Of a DNA stretch of 64,000 nt, positions 18,155 through 26,912 are shown piece after piece; the first letter of the stretch is position 1, and the number at the start of each line of letters is the position of its first letter. The position numbers were made by a program, and so were the translations under genes. The notes under the pieces are model-generated. The model did not search any database, was not told the origin of the DNA, and saw only the letters and a list, made by a program, of their open reading frames with translations. Origin of the DNA: Burkholderiales bacterium (GTDB taxonomy: Bacteria; Pseudomonadota; Gammaproteobacteria; Burkholderiales; Casimicrobiaceae); NCBI GenBank assembly GCA_017880805.1, contig JADGRP010000260.1:588-64587 (forward strand). The letters are read 5' to 3'.

Positions 18155-19477
18155 ATGAACGCGACTGCCGCGATGCCCCAAAGTACCAAGAAGCCACCAG
18201 TCCAGAAGGAGGACGCGATGTGGCTGCAGAAGGAGATGATCAACCACAACTATCATGAGCTCGCCACCTCGCGGGAGCAGGGCCGCAAAGTGGCTGCGAC
18301 GTTCGTGCCGGGCAACCTCAATGAGCTTTTGATGTGCTTCGACTTCGCGCGGAGCCTCCCGGAAACCAACGCGCTGCAGAACGGCTTGCGCAAGAAATCG
18401 GGCAAATTCATTCTTGACGCGGAGCGCGACGGCCAGTCCGAGGACGTCTGCAACTATGTGAAGGCCGACCTCGGCATGATGCTGGGCGGCGAGATCGGCC
18501 CCACCGGCGAGGCATTGCCCAAGCCGGACATCCTGCTGCTCTCGTACACCGGCTGCTTCACCTTCATGAAGTGGTTCGAGCTGATCCGCCACAAGTACGG
18601 CTGCGAGAGCGTGATGCTGCACGTGCCGTACCAGGGCGAGGGCAAGATCGCGCCGAACATGCGCGAATACGTGGTCAAGCAATTGAAGGACACGGTGATC
18701 CCGACGCTCGAGCGCATCTCCGGCGTCAAGTTCGACATCGACCGGCTGCGCCAGTACATGAAGGAATCGGCGAAGGCCGAGGAGGATCTGGTCGCGGTTC
18801 TCCAGTCGGCGAAGAACCGGCCGTCACCGATCGACGGGTACTTTGGCGCCGTCTACTACATCGGCCCGATCTTCACCGCGTTCCGCGGCACGCCGGAGGC
18901 GACCGAGTTCTATCGCGTGCTGCGGCAGGAGATCGAGCAGCGCGTGCGCGAAGGCAAGGGCCCGATCACGCCCGATGGCGAAATGGGAGAGGAAAAATAC
19001 CGGCTGGTCGTCGAAGGCCCCCCCAACTGGACCAGCTTCCGCGAGTTCTGGAAGATGTTCTATGACGAGGGCGCAGTAGTCGTGACTTCCACCTACGCCA
19101 AGGTCGGCGGCGTCTACGATTTCGGCTTCCGCCACGATCCCGAGCATCCGATCGAATCGCTCGCCGAGTACTGCCTCGGCTGCTATACCAACCTCAATCT
19201 GCCGTCACGGATCGACATGATCTGCAAGTATATCGACGAGTACCAGGCCGACGGCCTGTTGATCAACTCGATCAAGAGTTGCAACAGCTTCTCGGCAGGA
19301 CAGCTTCTTATCCTGCGCGAGGTGGAGAAGCGCACCGGCAAGCCGGCGGCGTTCATCGAGACCGACTTGGTCGACCCGCGCTATTTCTCGGCCGCGAACG
19401 TGAAGAACCGTTTGGAGAGCTACTTGCAGATGGTCAAGCAGAAGCGGACTGCGGCGGCCGCGGCCGCCGCACACTGA
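18155..19477 (+). CDS. bcrB: Benzoyl-CoA reductase subunit B
   Basis: ORF 18098..19477 trimmed to the ATG at 18155, preceded by AAGGAAG; 440 aa. 2-hydroxyglutaryl-CoA-dehydratase D-component-like ([26 protein letters not shown]). Confidence 0.85.
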   Translation: MNATAAMPQSTKKPPVQKEDAMWLQKEMINHNYHELATSREQGRKVAATFVPGNLNELLMCFDFARSLPETNALQNGLRKKSGKFILDAERDGQSEDVCNYVKADLGMMLGGEIGPTGEALPKPDILLLSYTGCFTFMKWFELIRHKYGCESVMLHVPYQGEGKIAPNMREYVVKQLKDTVIPTLERISGVKFDIDRLRQYMKESAKAEEDLVAVLQSAKNRPSPIDGYFGAVYYIGPIFTAFRGTPEATEFYRVLRQEIEQRVREGKGPITPDGEMGEEKYRLVVEGPPNWTSFREFWKMFYDEGAVVVTSTYAKVGGVYDFGFRHDPEHPIESLAEYCLGCYTNLNLPSRIDMICKYIDEYQADGLLINSIKSCNSFSAGQLLILREVEKRTGKPAAFIETDLVDPRYFSAANVKNRLESYLQMVKQKRTAAAAAAAH

Positions 19478-19487
19478 GGGCGATGCC

Positions 19488-20828
19488 ATGCGCTGCTTCA
19501 TCGGCATCGATTTGGGCTCCACGACAACCAAGGCGGTGGTCCTCGACGAGAACCGGAACATCCTCGGGCGCGGCATCACCAACTCGCGCTCGAACTACGA
19601 TACCGCGGCGGCAATCGCCAAGCAGGAGGCGCTCGTCAACGCCCGCTTCTACCTTTTCCGGCAGGCGCTAGTCAGTACTTCGGCGCTCAACGGCGCGCTC
19701 GATGGGTTTATCGGCCAACTCGAACGAAGCTTTCGCCTCGAGCAATATCTCGAGCAACTCGCCGACCTCGAGGCTACCTGCCAGCGCAACGTCGGGACCG
19801 CCAAGTTTGGCGACAGCGCGGCGGCCGTCAGCGCGGCGCTGACGGAGGTATTCAAGCGGCTCTCCACCGAGGTGGCGGCGCTGTTCGCGCCCGGGGCCAA
19901 GCCCAAATCGGACTTTTTCCGTGACATCGCCGGCGCCCAGTACCTCGCGATCGGCGAGGCCGTCGCCAAGGAATCCGGCATCCGCTACGACTTCCTGCTC
20001 AACGTGTTCGACCGCTCGATCATCGAGGTCGAGAACCGCGTCTACGGCGACTCGATCAGGCGGCACCTGCTCGCCGCACTCGAACGCACCTTCCTGGCGC
20101 TGCCCGACACCGCCGGCCGCAGGGACAAGGTCGAGGCGCCGATCAAGGGTATCCTCGACATGCCGATGGAGGAGACCTACGTCGTCGGCACCGGCTACGG
20201 CCGCGCCCGGCTGCCGTTTTCCAAGGAGCATGTCCGATCCGAGATCCTGTGCCACGGGCTGGGCGCGCACGTGATGCATCCCGGCACGGCAACGGTGCTG
20301 GACATCGGCGGCCAGGACACCAAGGCGATTCAGGTCGACCCGAACGGCATCGTCGAGAGTTTCCAGATGAACGACCGCTGCGCTGCCGGTTGCGGGCGAT
20401 ACCTGGGCTACATCGCCGACGAGATGAACATGGGCCTGCACGAACTGGGTCCGATGGCGATGAAGTCGACCAAGACCATCCGCATCAACTCGACGTGCAC
20501 GGTCTTCGCCGGTGCCGAGCTGCGCGACCGGCTCTCGCTCGGGGACAAGCGCGAGGACATCATGGCGGGACTGCACCGGGCCATCATCCTGCGCGCGATG
20601 TCGATCCTCGCGCGCTCGGGGGGAATCCGCAACGAGTTCACCTTCACCGGCGGCGTCGCAAAGAACGAGGCAGCGGTGAAGGCGCTCAAGGATCTCGTCC
20701 GGGAGAATTACGGCGCGCTGACCCTTAACATCAATCCGGACTCGATCTACACTGGCGCGCTCGGCGGCGCAACGTTCGCGTGGCGAGCGGTGGTCGAGGA
20801 AGGAAAAACTGTGGAGGCACGGTCGTGA
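19488..20828 (+). CDS. bcrA: Benzoyl-CoA reductase subunit A (ATP-binding, BadF/BadG/BcrA/BcrD ATPase family)
   Basis: 446 aa. [20 protein letters not shown] (ASKHA phosphate-1 motif), [10 protein letters not shown], cluster-ligand region [20 protein letters not shown]. Confidence 0.88.
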   Translation: MRCFIGIDLGSTTTKAVVLDENRNILGRGITNSRSNYDTAAAIAKQEALVNARFYLFRQALVSTSALNGALDGFIGQLERSFRLEQYLEQLADLEATCQRNVGTAKFGDSAAAVSAALTEVFKRLSTEVAALFAPGAKPKSDFFRDIAGAQYLAIGEAVAKESGIRYDFLLNVFDRSIIEVENRVYGDSIRRHLLAALERTFLALPDTAGRRDKVEAPIKGILDMPMEETYVVGTGYGRARLPFSKEHVRSEILCHGLGAHVMHPGTATVLDIGGQDTKAIQVDPNGIVESFQMNDRCAAGCGRYLGYIADEMNMGLHELGPMAMKSTKTIRINSTCTVFAGAELRDRLSLGDKREDIMAGLHRAIILRAMSILARSGGIRNEFTFTGGVAKNEAAVKALKDLVRENYGALTLNINPDSIYTGALGGATFAWRAVVEEGKTVEARS

Positions 20829-21664
20829 TCTGCACCATCGGCATCGATATCGGCTCGGGCGCGGTCAAGAGCGCACTGTTCCGAACGGACGGCGGCAAGC
20901 ACGAATGGCTGGCCAAGCGCTTGGAGCGCATCCGGCGGCGCGACCCGATGCAGCTGGCGCAGGACGGCTACGAGGGCGTGCTCGCGGACGCCGGCCTCAA
21001 CGCCGACGACATCGACTACATCGCGACCACCGGCGAAGGCGAGAACGTCAAGTTCGCCACCGGTCACTTCTACTCGATGACCACGCATGCCCGAGGAGGC
21101 GTATTCCTGCATCCGGGAGTGAGCGCAGTGGTCGACATCGGCGCGCTGAACGGCCGTGCGATTTATGTCGACGAGCGCGGCAAAGTGCTCTCGTACAAGA
21201 TGACGAGCCAATGCGCGTCGGGGTCGGGGCAATTCCTCGAAAACATCGCCCGCTACCTCGGCGTCGCGATCGAGGAGATCGGCCCGCTATCCAAGAGCTC
21301 ACAGAACCCGGAGAAGTGCAGCTCGATCTGCGCGGTGCTCGCCGAGACCGACGTGATCAACATGGTGTCCCGCGGCATCGCGACCAACGACATCCTGAAG
21401 GGGATCCACCTCTCCATGGCGTCGCGGATCGTGAAACTTCTCAAAGTCACGGGTATCAAGGAAGGCACGGCGCTTATCACAGGCGGGCTCGCGCTGGACA
21501 CGGGCTTGCTGGCGGCAATCCAGGAAGAGATGGTCAACGAGAAGGTGAACGTGACGGCCGTCAGCCACCCCGACTCGATCTACGCCGGGGCCGTCGGCGC
21601 AGCGCTGTGGGGCGCCTTTCGCCACGCCAAGCTGCGCGAGCTCGCAGAACGCGCCGCGGCGTAG
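20825..21664 (+). CDS. bcrD: Benzoyl-CoA reductase subunit D (ATP-binding)
   Basis: ORF 20780..21664. I prefer the GTG at 20825, which overlaps the bcrA stop (GTGA); 279 aa. [48 protein letters not shown]. Confidence 0.85.
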   Translation: MICTIGIDIGSGAVKSALFRTDGGKHEWLAKRLERIRRRDPMQLAQDGYEGVLADAGLNADDIDYIATTGEGENVKFATGHFYSMTTHARGGVFLHPGVSAVVDIGALNGRAIYVDERGKVLSYKMTSQCASGSGQFLENIARYLGVAIEEIGPLSKSSQNPEKCSSICAVLAETDVINMVSRGIATNDILKGIHLSMASRIVKLLKVTGIKEGTALITGGLALDTGLLAAIQEEMVNEKVNVTAVSHPDSIYAGAVGAALWGAFRHAKLRELAERAAA

Positions 21665-21725
21665 AAGTCAGATCCCGATTTTCGCTTGCAGGGGTCTGGC
21701 CCCTGCTTTGCAACAGGAGTCAAAC

Positions 21726-21971
21726 ATGGCACTGCTCATCAACGACAACTGCACCGCCTGCGATGCCTGCAAGCCGGTGTGTCCCAACGAGGCGATCAGC
21801 GTTGGCGACCCTAAGTATGTGATCGATCCGCTGCGCTGCACGGAATGCGTCGGCGCCGAGGACGAGCCGCAGTGCAAGCTCGTCTGCCCAGCGGACTGCA
21901 TCGTCGTGAATCCGGATTTTCAGGAATCGCCCGAAGACCTGATGGCGAAATACGAATCGCTCCACGGCTAG
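21726..21971 (+). CDS. fdx: 2x[4Fe-4S] ferredoxin, electron donor of benzoyl-CoA reductase
   Basis: ORF 21708..21971 trimmed to the ATG at 21726, preceded by AGGAG; 81 aa. CTACDACKPVCP plus CTECVGAEDEPQCKLVCP (Allochromatium/Thauera-type insertion in the second motif). Immediately follows bcrD. Confidence 0.88.
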   Translation: MALLINDNCTACDACKPVCPNEAISVGDPKYVIDPLRCTECVGAEDEPQCKLVCPADCIVVNPDFQESPEDLMAKYESLHG

Positions 21972-21973
21972 CG

Positions 21974-22090
21974 GCGCGAGCCACCGGGCGAGGGACCCGC
22001 GAAGCGGGATCGACCGGGAATTGCGAGTCGACGCATGAGGCCGACTACTCGACGGTTGATGTTCGTCGGAGGTTAGAGGAGGCCGAGGCC
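21974..22090 (+). repeat. Composite REP-like intergenic element (unit A' + unit B'), inverted relative to the copies at 31403..31606
   Basis: Fills the gap between the convergent fdx and membrane-protein genes. ggatcgaccgggaattgcgagtcgacgcatgaggccgactactcg... aligns to the reverse complement of 31417-31500 with few mismatches. Unit A' carries a hairpin CCCGC-gaa-GCGGG (21996-22008). Confidence 0.8.
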
Positions 22091-22097
22091 GCCCACG

Positions 22098-23225
22098 CTA
22101 CCGAGCGGAGGCGCTTCGCTTGCCGCGCACCGCGGCGCTCACCGTGCTGACAACGAATGCAGCAAGCGCCAGCGCATTGAGCAATCCGCCTACGCGCGTC
22201 CAGGCATACTGCCCCGACGCATCACCGGCGACGCGCGCTAAAAGCGAAACGTGCAAGAGCGCAAGCGGCCCATAGAACGTCGGATGGTAGGGCACATTCA
22301 CGCGCAGCACCGCCGGGAAGATGATCGGCGCGTGACCGAACACCATCGAAAAGACGAAGCCGAGCCCAAGCGCGTGCAGCGCCGCGTCATAGGACGGCGC
22401 GCCGGGCGATAGTCCGCCCGACGCGAGGATGATGGTCCCGCCAACCGCCAGCCACACATAGCCCGACAGCAGGCACACCGCGATAAAGCGGGTAAGACCC
22501 CGGTTCCGGACCGTGCGGCGCGCGATGTCCTGTTTCAGGAGCCATGCCGCGAGCGCCAGGAGGCCGGTTGCGAAAGCTTGCGCTCCCCAACGTGACGATG
22601 CGCCGAAAAGGCCTGCGCCTATGACGACGATGATCACCGCGAATGTCCACTTTGCCACTCGCGACGGCGCCAGGAAGCGTGAAAGCTCCAGGCGCTCACC
22701 GGCGATGGTAAGGATGAGGAAAGCGAACCACCACGTCACGACATCGTGCACGGTCGAGCCTGCGGCCCATAACGAATTTCCCACCGACCAGCACGCTGCA
22801 CCCAGCGCGAGCGTGAACGTGAACAGCGCCGTCTGGCGACGGTAGATGTCGATGGATGCCGCGAGCAACACCAGGCTGCCGGCGACAAAAAACCATGCTG
22901 CGATGGCGCTCGCACCCGCGATCGCGGCAACGCAACCGACCCCGCCAAAGAGCGGGCCGAGATACGCCCAATAACGGCCGATCGCGACCGCCCGCTCAAG
23001 CGAGATGACGACGCCGAAAAAGCCGCAGATCATCAGCGGCCCGTGCAGCGACGTCACCGCCGCGGGCGCGGCGGGAACGCTCCAGCCGAGCCGCGCAAGC
23101 CCTGCGCCCGCACCGACGAGGAGGCCGGCAAAACCCAGGACCAGCAAGGGCACGCGCTGCAGCGGGCGCAGGTCCCCAGGCTTGACGGGAAGGACGGTCG
23201 TGTTGGCGGGCAAGGGCACGGTCAT
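22098..23225 (-). CDS. Polytopic membrane protein of unknown function (about 10+ TM helices, conserved His motifs)
   Basis: 375 aa, almost entirely hydrophobic helices. Motifs LHGPLMICGFFGVVISLERA, TIAGERLELSR, HALGLGFVFSMVFGHAPIIFP. I do not see the NnrS signatures (FRPFF, WHxHEMxFG), so the family is left open. Confidence 0.6.
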   Translation of the reverse strand: MTVPLPANTTVLPVKPGDLRPLQRVPLLVLGFAGLLVGAGAGLARLGWSVPAAPAAVTSLHGPLMICGFFGVVISLERAVAIGRYWAYLGPLFGGVGCVAAIAGASAIAAWFFVAGSLVLLAASIDIYRRQTALFTFTLALGAACWSVGNSLWAAGSTVHDVVTWWFAFLILTIAGERLELSRFLAPSRVAKWTFAVIIVVIGAGLFGASSRWGAQAFATGLLALAAWLLKQDIARRTVRNRGLTRFIAVCLLSGYVWLAVGGTIILASGGLSPGAPSYDAALHALGLGFVFSMVFGHAPIIFPAVLRVNVPYHPTFYGPLALLHVSLLARVAGDASGQYAWTRVGGLLNALALAAFVVSTVSAAVRGKRSASAR

Positions 23226-23298
23226 CGGTGTCGACTTTGGCGGCGGGAGCGCGTTGCGGGCTGCCTTGGCGACGCCCGGGACTCGCCGAGCCGAGTAG

Positions 23299-23619
23299 CT
23301 ACAACGTCCAGCCGAAGTGCTCTTTGGCGATGCCGGTCATCTTGTCGGGCGTCCACGGCGGATCCCATACCAGCCGTACATCCACCGCCGTTCCTTCCGG
23401 TACGATCGCCGCGATGACGCTGCGCGCCTGGTCGGTGATCATGTCCGTCATCGGGCAGGCCATGGTGGTCATGGTCATGTCGACGCGTACGGCGTCCGCG
23501 GTAACGTCGACGCCGTAGACGAGGCCGAGGTCCACAATGTTCATGCCCGCCTCGGGGTCGTCCACCTGGCGCAGTGCTTCGCGCACCGCTTCATCGTCGG
23601 GCATGGAGGTCATGGGCAT
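23299..23619 (-). CDS. DUF59 / SufT-PaaD-like Fe-S assembly family protein
   Basis: ORF 23299..23694 has a TTG start; I prefer the ATG at 23619, but the start is uncertain. Hallmark VDDPEAGMNIVDLGLVYGV and conserved Cys (TTMACPM). Confidence 0.75.
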   Translation of the reverse strand: MPMTSMPDDEAVREALRQVDDPEAGMNIVDLGLVYGVDVTADAVRVDMTMTTMACPMTDMITDQARSVIAAIVPEGTAVDVRLVWDPPWTPDKMTGIAKEHFGWTL

Positions 23620-23723
23620 TCGTGACGGTCGCGCGGCGGGGAGGCACGAGATCCTGGCGGCATTTTCGGCAATCGCCGGCACGCCCGCCGGCAATTGCCG
23701 AATCCGACCTCAGTTGGGCCCAC

Positions 23724-24737
23724 CTAGTCGAGCCACCGCACGAACGGAAGCCGCTGCGATGGAGTGAAGCCGACGTCGTAGAGGAAGCCGAGCAGCGCGA
23801 GGTCACGCGGGGCCACCACGGTCTCCACGCGCTCGATGCGCAGCGCTCCGAGATTGACGAACAGTTGCGACAGCAGCGCGTGTCCGACGCGCCGGTGCGT
23901 GAAACCGGAATCGACCCCGATGGTGTCGATGACGGCCACGGGTTCGGTGCGGCCGAAATCGCCCAAGTCCACTCGGGCCATCAGGAAACCCGCGACGGTG
24001 CCGTCCTGCCGCGCGGTCAGCGAAACACGAATTGCCGAGTCGTGCATCGCCTCGACCAGCTTGTGCTTCATGTAGTCCTGGCGATCGCGCCCTGTGATGC
24101 TGCGGTCGATGCGAACGATGTCGGCGAGGTCGCCGGGCTCCATCGCGCCGACTTCGGCGTTGTCGCGCGCGAGGCGCTCGAAGTCGTTGCCGGGCCGGCC
24201 GCCGTAATTGATCTCGGGCACGGAACCCTCGCCGTTCGGCGTGGCCGCGGGATCGTCGCGTTGCGGCGTGTATTCGCCGCCGGCAACCGCGCAATCGACC
24301 ACGTGGTTCGGCGCAAGCGTGAAGCCCATCGCGTCCATCCAGCGCAGCATTCGGTGGTCGTTCCATGCGGCCGTCGTGCGCACGTCGGCGTACCCGTGGC
24401 GGCGGCCATAATCGCTTAGTGCGTCGAAGAGGCAGGCGCCCACGCGATGCCCCTTCGCGTCGCCGCGCACGCCGATCACCTCGAGGCGCAGCCCGGGCGC
24501 AAGGCGACCAAACTCGCCTTCCAGCACGCGGGCAAGAATGTACCCGGCGAGGCCCTTGTCATCGGAGGCCGCAAACTGTGCGTGCAACTTCGGCTCGCGC
24601 AGTGCGGCGTCGAGGCGCCGTTCGAAGTAGGCGTGGCGCGTCCATCCCTCGATGCTGGCGTCGATGGCGACGACGGAAGCAAGGTCTTCGCGCATCAGCG
24701 GTCGAATCACGACGCGTTGCAATGCAATGGCTTCCAT
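23724..24737 (-). CDS. Tandem (double) GNAT N-acetyltransferase, both halves related to the BadL-like GNAT at 49771
   Basis: 337 aa, strong SD AGGAGGAAG. Two repeats of the same architecture (EDLASVVAIDASIEGWTR..GYILARV..FG..IGV..GHRVG / GDLADIVRIDRSITGRDR..GFLMARV..FG..IGV..HRRVG). Confidence 0.75.
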   Translation of the reverse strand: MEAIALQRVVIRPLMREDLASVVAIDASIEGWTRHAYFERRLDAALREPKLHAQFAASDDKGLAGYILARVLEGEFGRLAPGLRLEVIGVRGDAKGHRVGACLFDALSDYGRRHGYADVRTTAAWNDHRMLRWMDAMGFTLAPNHVVDCAVAGGEYTPQRDDPAATPNGEGSVPEINYGGRPGNDFERLARDNAEVGAMEPGDLADIVRIDRSITGRDRQDYMKHKLVEAMHDSAIRVSLTARQDGTVAGFLMARVDLGDFGRTEPVAVIDTIGVDSGFTHRRVGHALLSQLFVNLGALRIERVETVVAPRDLALLGFLYDVGFTPSQRLPFVRWLD

Positions 24738-24769
24738 GGTCGCTTCCTCCTGTCAGCCAGTAACCGGCG

Positions 24770-25264
24770 TTAGGTGGCCGCGTAGCTCATCGACAGCTCG
24801 CGGTCCGTATCGTCGTCGAGCAGGTCGTCGAGCATCGGCAGCAATGCCATCGTTTCCTTCTGGATATGCGCGACCTGCCGCTCGACCATCTCCAGCGCTC
24901 CGCGCTTCAGTGCATCCCAGCCGGCGTCGTCCAGTGTCCCCGCCGCGGCCGCGTGAGCGAGAGGCAATAACTCGGCGGCCACTTCACGGATCGCACCGTG
25001 CTCTTCCTTGAGCAAGCCCGCGATGTCGCCCTCCCCGGCCGCCTCGAGCCGCGGGAAGAGCTCGCGCTCCTCGAAGTCAAAGTGACGCCCGATGTCCTGC
25101 TCGATATGTCGCGCAAACGATGCGGCGAGCTTCGCCAGCTCGGGTTCGCGCGCCCCGCCCGAGCGGTGTGCGCGCGCGAACGCCTGCTCGACCCTGCCCA
25201 ATAGATCCAGGTTGGTGCGGTGCTCCTCGTCGAGTGCATGGCTTACCTGGCGCCGAAAATTCAT
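24770..25264 (-). CDS. Hemerythrin HHE cation-binding domain protein
   Basis: 164 aa. Repeated H/E ligand spacing (LDEEHRTNLD, ARHIEQDIGRHFDFEERELFP, LKEEHGAIRE, VAHIQKETMALLP). Confidence 0.8.
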   Translation of the reverse strand: MNFRRQVSHALDEEHRTNLDLLGRVEQAFARAHRSGGAREPELAKLAASFARHIEQDIGRHFDFEERELFPRLEAAGEGDIAGLLKEEHGAIREVAAELLPLAHAAAAGTLDDAGWDALKRGALEMVERQVAHIQKETMALLPMLDDLLDDDTDRELSMSYAAT

Positions 25265-25322
25265 GGCGATCCTGGAATTGATAATCAGTTACCACAATAG
25301 CGCAAATGCCGCTAAGGTTCCC

Positions 25323-25336
25323 TTGATCCCGATCAA
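25323..25336. promoter_or_regulatory. Perfect Fnr/Dnr/NnrR-type box TTGAT-CCCG-ATCAA upstream of the hemerythrin gene
   Basis: Exact 10/10 palindrome that overlaps the stop codon (25333-25335) of the upstream membrane-protein gene. A minus-strand TATTGT hexamer lies 23 bp downstream (complement of 25294-25299). The hemerythrin ATG is at 25264. Confidence 0.7.
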
Positions 25337-26640
25337 CCGGCAGACGCTTGGCGGCGGCCGGCTTTAGGGTCGGGGGCGGACATCCGCCTCAGCACGATCA
25401 CGAAGAAACCGGCGAACGCTGCGGCGCCCGCGCTGCCGACTAATGCCCCGGCAGATGCGACTCCCTCGCTGCCGGTTGCGACGGCCAATGCAAGCAACGC
25501 CAGCGCCGCGAGATGGCAGACGAAATGGATCGAAAGTGGACGCTGCGCGGTCAGCGAGGATGGCGTCGGCGGCAGCCTCTTGCCTGGGGCCGCGTGCATC
25601 GAGGCGAGAAATGGCATGATCCGCTGCAGGATGCCGACAAGGAAGGTGAGCAGCCAACCGCCGATCAGCAGAATACCGAACAGCGTAGCCATACCGGCGA
25701 CAGGCACGTCCATTGCGACGCCAAGCGCCGCGGCCAGGCTGGCGACGAGCAAGGCCCACGCGATCCGAACCAGCGTGAACGAACGTCCTAGCTCCCGCCG
25801 CATACCGGACTTGAGCGCGGCGTTCATCAATCGCAAATGCAACGCGACCGCGACAGTCCCCGTGCCGATCGCGGCCATGCGCAACGGCTGCTGCGCAATG
25901 CCGGATGAAGCAGCCGCCGACAGTAGCAGCGCAATCACCGCGAGCGTCAGCGACATCCATGCGCGGCGTTCGTCGGGCGCCGCCGATAACGCGAACAGCG
26001 GCACTAGGATGTACGACAGCCCGAGGGCGAGCAATCCCATGAAACCGTATGCAGCGAAGGTGACGTGCAGGGAAAGCCCCATGCCCCGCCCGAACCCGGA
26101 AAACCCGAGATAGGCGCACGCCAGCGACAGCGCGGTCGCGAGCATTACGACAAGCGACCCGAGCGCGGCCCAGCCGTGAGCGACGACCACTGGCATGCCC
26201 CTGGCTCCGATGAGATTGCACGCGAGCAATAGCGCGTAGCCGCCAAGCGCTGCGACCACGGCGACGGCGCCGCCCGCCAGCAGTCGCGGCGATGCCATGC
26301 CCATGCCGAGAGCAACCGCCCCAACGCCGGGCGTGTATAGCCACCAAATCATCGCCGGCCACCGTTCAGATCGCACTGGCTGGCGCGTTGCGACCGGCAG
26401 CAGTTGCAGGCTCGCGCCGATCGCTGTCATCGCGAGCACGCCGAGCGTCACCAGATGCAACGCAGCAAGCGGCCATCCAAGCCCTCCAGTGAAACGGGGC
26501 ACGCTTTGCGCGCCGGCGAAGAGCGCGATCCACGCGAGCAGATGATAGGCGACAGCAGCGCCGAAGAAACGAAACGGGATCGATGGCGGCAGAAGGCGAC
26601 TCGCGGCCCCTGCGATAAAAGCGCCGGCGGCGAGTTTCAT
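25333..26640 (-). CDS. Polytopic membrane protein of unknown function (about 12+ TM helices)
   Basis: 435 aa of consecutive hydrophobic helices with embedded His residues (AALHLVTLGVLAMTAIGASLQLLP, LSLHVTFAAYGFMGLLALGLSYILVP, LSIHFVCHLAA). Its start overlaps the DUF2249 stop (ATGA). Confidence 0.6.
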   Translation of the reverse strand: MKLAAGAFIAGAASRLLPPSIPFRFFGAAVAYHLLAWIALFAGAQSVPRFTGGLGWPLAALHLVTLGVLAMTAIGASLQLLPVATRQPVRSERWPAMIWWLYTPGVGAVALGMGMASPRLLAGGAVAVVAALGGYALLLACNLIGARGMPVVVAHGWAALGSLVVMLATALSLACAYLGFSGFGRGMGLSLHVTFAAYGFMGLLALGLSYILVPLFALSAAPDERRAWMSLTLAVIALLLSAAASSGIAQQPLRMAAIGTGTVAVALHLRLMNAALKSGMRRELGRSFTLVRIAWALLVASLAAALGVAMDVPVAGMATLFGILLIGGWLLTFLVGILQRIMPFLASMHAAPGKRLPPTPSSLTAQRPLSIHFVCHLAALALLALAVATGSEGVASAGALVGSAGAAAFAGFFVIVLRRMSAPDPKAGRRQASAG

Positions 26641-26912
26641 CGCCCACGTTCAAGTCTAAGGCGCACTTCGCCCGGCGCCCCATCGATGCGCACGGCAGTC
26701 CAGCCGATTTCCGCGAGCTCGGGATAGAGCATCTGCGGGTCGCGCTCGTGATGGACGATCACCGGCGTCGAGTCGCCGATCGATCCGACAAGCTCGAGGA
26801 TCGCGACCAGCGGCGCCGGCGGCGGGAGCCCGCGCACGTCGATGTGCACGCCATCCGCCTCGACCCAGCGCTTCCCAAGCGCCTGCCTGTCGTCGGACGC
26901 GGAAGCATTCAT
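26637..26912 (-). CDS. DUF2249 (TusA-like fold) protein
   Basis: 91 aa. [22 protein letters not shown]...[22 protein letters not shown] matches the DUF2249 pattern as I remember it. The ATG overlaps the acyl-CoA dehydrogenase stop (ATGA at 26909-26912). Confidence 0.7.
   Translation of the reverse strand: MNASASDDRQALGKRWVEADGVHIDVRGLPPPAPLVAILELVGSIGDSTPVIVHHERDPQMLYPELAEIGWTAVRIDGAPGEVRLRLERGR

Noticed and set aside
21845-22150. Small ORFs with similar peptides (STGNCESTHEADYS... here and STGNCESTLEADYS... at 31411..31602)
   Set aside because: The peptide similarity simply reflects translation through the REP-like nucleotide repeat. There is no SD, and the ORFs sit in intergenic hairpin-rich sequence.
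22098-23225. Calling the 375-aa membrane protein NnrS
   Set aside because: The context (hemerythrin, DUF2249, Fnr/Dnr box) suggested NnrS. However, I could not find the NnrS signatures I remember (FRPFF near the N-terminus, WHxHEMxFG). It is left as unknown pending HMM or structure searches.
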